Positions 59,043 to 64,000 of a stretch of DNA of 64,000 nucleotides are shown here, piece after piece. Under the pieces are notes generated by a model. That model saw only the letters and a program-made list of their open reading frames with translations, ran no database searches and was not told where the DNA came from. The stretch lies in NCBI GenBank assembly GCA_034439575.1, contig JAWXAQ010000008.1, forward strand, positions 96,001 to 160,000, written 5' to 3'. The first letter of the stretch is position 1; the number at the start of each line of letters is the position of its first letter. This DNA is from Leptospira sp. Its GTDB lineage: Bacteria > Spirochaetota > Leptospiria > Leptospirales > Leptospiraceae. The translations under genes and the position numbers were made by a program.

Positions 59043-59837
59043 CTAAACTATATCAAAAAAATGATTTAGATGAGATATAGGTCCGGTTTTTATAGAATCT
59101 TCCAAGGTTCTATGAATATATTCTTTAGCTTTGCCGACAGCTTCTGGGAGAGTTTTGCCTTTTGCTAAAAAAGCCGCGATGGCTGCTGAATATGTACAAC
59201 CAGTACCATGAGTATTCCTATTTTTTAAAAAAGGTTTTTTAAATTCATAAATAGATTTTCCATCGAAAAGTATATCTGTCGCATCTTCTGTGTTTACCAG
59301 ATGACCACCTTTTAATAGAATTGGAACTTTGAATGTTTCATACAATTTTTTAGCAGAGGGAATCAATTCATCATATTCAGCGATTCGATTTCCTAAAAGT
59401 AAGGAAGCCTCATCTAAGTTTGGTGTGATGACAGTAGCTAAGGGAATGAGTTTTGAAATGAGAGTATTTATGGCATCATCTTTCAGTAGTTTGGCGCCAC
59501 TTGTCGCAATCATAACTGGATCTACAACAATTTGAATTTGTTTGTTTTTTGAAAACAAATCACAAACAACATTGATTATGGATTCTGAAAATAACATTCC
59601 CGTTTTACAGGCTTTGATCGGAAAAAAGTTTAATACAGCATCTAACTGTTCTTCTATGAATTTTGTTGGAATTTCATGTATGGCACTGACTCCATTTGGA
59701 TTTTGTGCTGTTAAACAAGTAAAGACAGTCGTGCCAAAAGTTTTAAGCGCAGAAAAAGTTTTTAAGTCAGCCTGAACGCCTGCACCACCTCCGGAATCTG
59801 ATCCAGCAATCGTAAGTGTAATCGGTAGTTCTGTCAT
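59043..59837 (-). CDS. thiD: Hydroxymethylpyrimidine/phosphomethylpyrimidine kinase
   Basis: TIAGSDSGGGAGVQADLKT, KTGML, VVDPVM, TPN..EA, LKGGH, HGTGCT. Confidence 0.96.
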   Translation of the reverse strand: MTELPITLTIAGSDSGGGAGVQADLKTFSALKTFGTTVFTCLTAQNPNGVSAIHEIPTKFIEEQLDAVLNFFPIKACKTGMLFSESIINVVCDLFSKNKQIQIVVDPVMIATSGAKLLKDDAINTLISKLIPLATVITPNLDEASLLLGNRIAEYDELIPSAKKLYETFKVPILLKGGHLVNTEDATDILFDGKSIYEFKKPFLKNRNTHGTGCTYSAAIAAFLAKGKTLPEAVGKAKEYIHRTLEDSIKTGPISHLNHFFDIV

Positions 59838-59839
59838 AA

Positions 59840-60163
59840 TTATAATTTGAACCAACCATACTTTTTTAAGTCAATCGAATCTGTAGAATCAAAAACAATT
59901 CCTTCTTTTATGAGAATTTTTTTCTGCAAATTGGCACGTAATGTGTCGCCTTTGAAACTGATTTTGCCTTGGGAATTGATGACTCGTTGCCAAGGTATTT
60001 CGGTCGCTTCATTTTTTTGTAATGCATTCAAAGCATAACCGACAGCACGTGCAGCTCTAGGTTGATTTAGAAGCAAAGCAATCGTCCCATAGTTTGTGAC
60101 CTTTCCTTTGGGAATTTTTTTGACTATAGTATACACTTTTTCGTAGAAATTTGTTTCTTTCAT
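59840..60163 (-). CDS. Alkyltransferase-like protein (Atl/YbaZ, MGMT family)
   Basis: IPKGKVTNYG, ARAVG, PWQRVINSQG with Trp replacing the catalytic Cys. Confidence 0.88.
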   Translation of the reverse strand: MKETNFYEKVYTIVKKIPKGKVTNYGTIALLLNQPRAARAVGYALNALQKNEATEIPWQRVINSQGKISFKGDTLRANLQKKILIKEGIVFDSTDSIDLKKYGWFKL

Positions 60164-60240
60164 ATTTCAAAAAGTGCTTCCAAAGCACTGTCATTTCATA
60201 AACCTGAAATGAGATTCTATTTTATTCAAACTTTTTTTAA

Positions 60241-61119
60241 ATGAAAATTTCTGATTACGCAAAACATTTGTTACAGTCTTCATCATTGAATGACAAATTA
60301 TTATCACCGAACAAAGTATGGGAATCTGAAATTGATTTAAAGCCTATCATCATTGAAAAACCGAATCGACAGTCAAACTTAATGTTTTCAGATTCAAAAA
60401 CTAAGATACCCAGATTGGAACATTTAAATCAAGTATCCGCTAAGGGCTTAACTCTACACCATTTTGCGAATCATGAACTTATGGCCATTGAACTTTTTGC
60501 ATGGGCTTTACTTGCTTTTCCCGATGCACCCATGCGGTTTCGTATTGGATTTTTAAAAACAATAGAAGAAGAACAATCTCATCTAAGACTTTATCTAAAA
60601 CGGATGCATGATTTCGGAGTGGAATTTGGAGATATACCTGTTAATTATTTGTTTTGGAAACAGATTTCACAATTTACGAACATTCAAAAATTCTCAGCTA
60701 TCTTATCTATCAGTTTCGAAGGCGCAAATTTAGATTTTTCTCAAATTTACACGCAAGCATTTCTTCATCATGGAGATCTGGAAACGGCACAAATCATGAT
60801 CCAAATTTTTGAAGATGAAGTCAAACACGTGAAACGCGGATTGAAAATTCTAAAAGCTGACAATCAAAATGAAATTTCTGAATGGAATTTATATAAATCT
60901 CAAATCAAATTTCCCTTCACTCCGAGGCGAGCGAAGGCATACTTTTATTTTCCCGAAACAAGAAAACTTGCCGGATTTACTGATTCATTTTGTTCTGAGC
61001 TTGGTAATTATTCCGATGAATATTCAGGAAGAGTGAACTTGAATGGTTTAGGTAATATTAAAATTGGAAATGAAATCATTAGAAAATCTGACTTGCTTCC
61101 AAATCAAATTGTAATCTAA
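60241..61119 (+). CDS. DUF455 ferritin-like di-iron protein
   Basis: LHHFANHELMAIEL, EEQSH, E..NLD, DEVKHV. Confidence 0.82.
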   Translation: MKISDYAKHLLQSSSLNDKLLSPNKVWESEIDLKPIIIEKPNRQSNLMFSDSKTKIPRLEHLNQVSAKGLTLHHFANHELMAIELFAWALLAFPDAPMRFRIGFLKTIEEEQSHLRLYLKRMHDFGVEFGDIPVNYLFWKQISQFTNIQKFSAILSISFEGANLDFSQIYTQAFLHHGDLETAQIMIQIFEDEVKHVKRGLKILKADNQNEISEWNLYKSQIKFPFTPRRAKAYFYFPETRKLAGFTDSFCSELGNYSDEYSGRVNLNGLGNIKIGNEIIRKSDLLPNQIVI

Positions 61120-61151
61120 TGAAGTTGAATCGAAGGAAAGGAAAATAATTT

Positions 61152-61559
61152 ATGAATAAAATTTTGTTATTATGTACAATGATCGTTGTACTAAGTGTAG
61201 GTTTGATTGCCGAATCCAAAAAAAAGAATAAGGAATTCTCTCCGGAAATGACCTTACATGATTTTATGGAAGATTATACAAAACCCGCGACGAAACTTTT
61301 GGACAAAAAAGGGAATTCCGAATATCTGACAAAAATTTTAGAAAAAGTTTCTGCTATGGCTCCAGCAGATCAACAAGCAGAGTGGAAGGAAATCATTGAT
61401 GCTAAGTTAGCTGTTGGTAAACCAGAAGATTCATGTAAGTCATGTCATACGAAGTTCAAAAAAGATTACAAAAAGAATTATCGCAAAAAACTCATATCAG
61501 TTCCTGAAGAACTTAAAAATTTTCCAGAAGAAATTAAAACACTTCTAAAACAAAAATAA
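61152..61559 (+). CDS. Periplasmic c-type cytochrome (cytochrome c'-like, helical)
   Basis: Signal peptide and CKSCH haem motif late in a helical protein. Confidence 0.65.
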   Translation: MNKILLLCTMIVVLSVGLIAESKKKNKEFSPEMTLHDFMEDYTKPATKLLDKKGNSEYLTKILEKVSAMAPADQQAEWKEIIDAKLAVGKPEDSCKSCHTKFKKDYKKNYRKKLISVPEELKNFPEEIKTLLKQK

Positions 61560-61647
61560 ATATTAATCTTTTCTTAATAGATTATTTTTGTTCTTAATTT
61601 TAGCGGGCTTGATTTTCTTTATGCATTATGCTAAATTATAAAACATA

Positions 61648-62868
61648 ATGTATAAAGAAAAATCTCTATTAGTATTTTTACTTTTTTGTTATCTAAGTCT
61701 AGGTGCAGAAGAAATTAGAAAAGATACAAATGCTGATACTATTGAAAATGCAAAAAAAATACCCTCACCTCAAGAACCTATATTACCTAAATCTTTGAAG
61801 TTCGGTGCTTTTATTGATTCTTATTATTTATATAACAACAATTTGCCGAAAGCTACAGAACGCCAGTACACGACGCAAGCGATCAGAAATAATGAATTTA
61901 ATATCAATCTGGCTCATATAGATGCTACGATTAAAGAAGATAAATATCGAGGTCGGCTCGCCTTTCAATGGGGCACTTCAGTTAACGCAAATTATGCTGG
62001 AGAAATCACTTCTGAAAAATCATCCAATCAAAATACGGTAAAACATATCCAAGAAGCATTTGTTGGTGTAAAAATTGCAAAGAATACTTGGATAGATGCA
62101 GGGATATTTTTTGGTAATATTGGGCATGAATCATGGATTTCTCAAAATAATGTCAATTATACTCGTGCATTCGCACTCGACTATGTGCCGTACTATTCAT
62201 CGGGTGTCCGTTTAACACATGAATTTTCAAATCGATTGAGTGTCCAATTTCAAGTTTTAAATGGATGGCAAAATATAACTGAGAACAATAAAGACAAGGC
62301 AATCGGTAGTCAAATTAAATTTGAAATTGTACCAAAACTTGTCCTGACTTTAAACCAATTTGTTGGAAACGAAGCACCCAATAACGAACGCAAACAATTG
62401 AGACTTTATAATAATACAATACTTGAATGGACTGCATTGGGATGGCTTTCGTTAGCTGGGCAATTTGATGTAGGGGCACAAAAAGCAAAACAAAGTTTTA
62501 TCTATGAACCTTGGCTCAAATCCTATGATTCAAATTTAAGTGAATATAGGGAAACTCGATCCGAAGTGTTTCGCCAATGGTATCATGGAACCATTTGGGT
62601 GAGTTTCAAATTGTCCCCCGATTACAGGCTTAGTTTTAGAGTAGAGAGGTTTTATGATCCACTACAAGTTATGGCTGTTACGGGAACCAAAAATGGATTT
62701 ATGTCAAATGGTTATACGACAACTTTTGATATCTTAAGGTTTGATCCTGCCATGCTCCGCCTAGAATACGTTTACCGAAGGTCGGCAGATTCCATTTTTG
62801 AATATAGAAATTCGCATACATCGAAAAAAGAAGATTTTATCGTCGCCGCATTTACTATGAAGTTTTAG
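61648..62868 (+). CDS. Outer membrane porin (putative beta-barrel porin-2 family)
   Basis: Signal peptide, FIDSYY.YN.N, FNINLA, IQEAF, DAGIF..IGHE, PYYSSG, NGWQNI, C-terminal Phe. Confidence 0.75.
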   Translation: MYKEKSLLVFLLFCYLSLGAEEIRKDTNADTIENAKKIPSPQEPILPKSLKFGAFIDSYYLYNNNLPKATERQYTTQAIRNNEFNINLAHIDATIKEDKYRGRLAFQWGTSVNANYAGEITSEKSSNQNTVKHIQEAFVGVKIAKNTWIDAGIFFGNIGHESWISQNNVNYTRAFALDYVPYYSSGVRLTHEFSNRLSVQFQVLNGWQNITENNKDKAIGSQIKFEIVPKLVLTLNQFVGNEAPNNERKQLRLYNNTILEWTALGWLSLAGQFDVGAQKAKQSFIYEPWLKSYDSNLSEYRETRSEVFRQWYHGTIWVSFKLSPDYRLSFRVERFYDPLQVMAVTGTKNGFMSNGYTTTFDILRFDPAMLRLEYVYRRSADSIFEYRNSHTSKKEDFIVAAFTMKF

Positions 62869-62878
62869 TAAAGAAACA

Positions 62879-62902
62879 AGAGGATCAATCATCTGATCCT
62901 CT
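62879..62902. terminator. Hairpin between convergent genes
   Basis: AGAGGATCA-atcatc-TGATCCTCT, 9-bp perfect stem. Confidence 0.6.
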
Positions 62903-62917
62903 CATAAACTTTCCTTA

Positions 62918-64000
62918 TCAACCATCTAACTGAATTTTTTTATTCTTTTTCTTCGCTGGTAACTTTTCCTTTTTATCAGTTTTTCTTCGATTATAGTTTT
63001 GATTCTCTTCATCACTTTTTTCATCTATCAATTCATCAAAAGCATTTTCATTCACTTCAAAGAAACGAGTTATATTTTGTGAAGGCGCAGAATTTGGATT
63101 ATAGAATTTTCCTTCTACTTTTCTTTCACCTACAACGAGTAGATAAAGAGAAGGTAAAATTGTTAATACTAGTAACATCGCTGAGAATAATCCACCAACG
63201 ATAACAGTTGCGAGTGGTCTTTGAATATCTGAACCAACTCCTGTCCCTAAAGTGGCAGGTATCAGACCAAGTAATGCGAGTAACATGGTCATTAGCATCG
63301 GTCTCAGCTGAATTACTGCCGCTTTACTCACGGCTTTTTTTGTAGATAAATTTGGTTCTTCAATGAGAAGGTGATTCGTTCTAGATACGAATAGTACACC
63401 TGACATAGTCGCAATACCAAAGAGTGAAATAAATCCTACGCCACCTGATACATTGAAGTAATAACCTCGGAGTAGAAGTGCATAGATTCCACCTATCAAT
63501 GAAAGAGGTATACAAGCTAAGGCAACATATACGTATTGCAAATTTCGGTATAACATGTACAATACACCGAAGATAATTAATATCGTAATGGGAATGACTA
63601 ATGCTAATTTTTTCCCAACTCGAGATAAGTTTTCGTATTGGCCACCAAATTTAATTTCATAACCTTCAGGAAGTTTGATTTTCTTTTTAACTTCTTTTTG
63701 GAGTTCAGCTACGAATCCACCTTGATCCCTGCCTCTGATGTTTGTTCTAACAGTGACTACACGTCTTCCTTCTTGACGAAAAATCATTGTTGGTCCGTCT
63801 ATTAAACTGATTTCGGCCAATTCGGATAGAGGGATGCGTTCTCCTTTCGGTGAGATAATTGGCATGTTTTCAATCGCTTGTTTTGAAGCTCTATAATCTT
63901 TTGAGAATCGCACAACAATTCCAAACCTAGCGGGCGTTTTGGGAGGAATATCGGATGGTCCTTCATATAGAGTACTTACTCGTTGCATACCGATGGCAGC
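62918..64000 (-). CDS. CusA/CzcA-family RND efflux transporter (C-terminal part; 5' end outside window)
   Basis: [53 protein letters not shown]. Confidence 0.9.
   Translation of the reverse strand, partial: AAIGMQRVSTLYEGPSDIPPKTPARFGIVVRFSKDYRASKQAIENMPIISPKGERIPLSELAEISLIDGPTMIFRQEGRRVVTVRTNIRGRDQGGFVAELQKEVKKKIKLPEGYEIKFGGQYENLSRVGKKLALVIPITILIIFGVLYMLYRNLQYVYVALACIPLSLIGGIYALLLRGYYFNVSGGVGFISLFGIATMSGVLFVSRTNHLLIEEPNLSTKKAVSKAAVIQLRPMLMTMLLALLGLIPATLGTGVGSDIQRPLATVIVGGLFSAMLLVLTILPSLYLLVVGERKVEGKFYNPNSAPSQNITRFFEVNENAFDELIDEKSDEENQNYNRRKTDKKEKLPAKKKNKKIQLDG

Noticed and set aside
1-64000. tRNA, rRNA, IS elements, integrases, att sites
   Set aside because: None recognised by eye. A tRNAscan/Infernal/ISEScan run would be needed to exclude them formally.

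Overview
This is an AT-rich bacterial chromosome segment. Gene content and order (PP2C/STAS partner-switch genes, DUF1574/DUF1566/DUF2225 genes, FecR-cyclase operon, spirochaetal lipoboxes) point to Leptospira, probably a saprophytic-clade species; this is an inference. About 55 CDS are present, mostly housekeeping, envelope and signalling genes: MCC-type carboxylase subunits, htrA-ruvB, sufE, pbpC, lptF/G, a DprE1/DprE2-like pair, MBOAT-SGNH, truA, engB, tilS, a sigma54 activator, thiD and a partial CusA/CzcA pump. I recognised no rRNA, tRNA, IS, integrase or CRISPR array. The most unusual part is an accessory-looking stretch at about 35.1-44.3 kb. It holds a structured intergenic element resembling the Flavo-1 RNA and three co-oriented conflict-type genes: an HsdR-N nuclease-ParA fusion; an AAA-wHTH-PD-(D/E)xK protein with a 16-bp inverted repeat over its start; and an isochorismatase-like/kinase/CX5R phosphatase fusion whose hydrolase triad appears rearranged. 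It also holds a small secreted 11-aa-repeat protein and an FG-GAP lipoprotein. Elsewhere, tilS is split at an A10 tract (possible recoding or assembly error), and candidate sigma54 and sigma28 promoters are visible. All family assignments come from motif recognition by eye; no searches were run.
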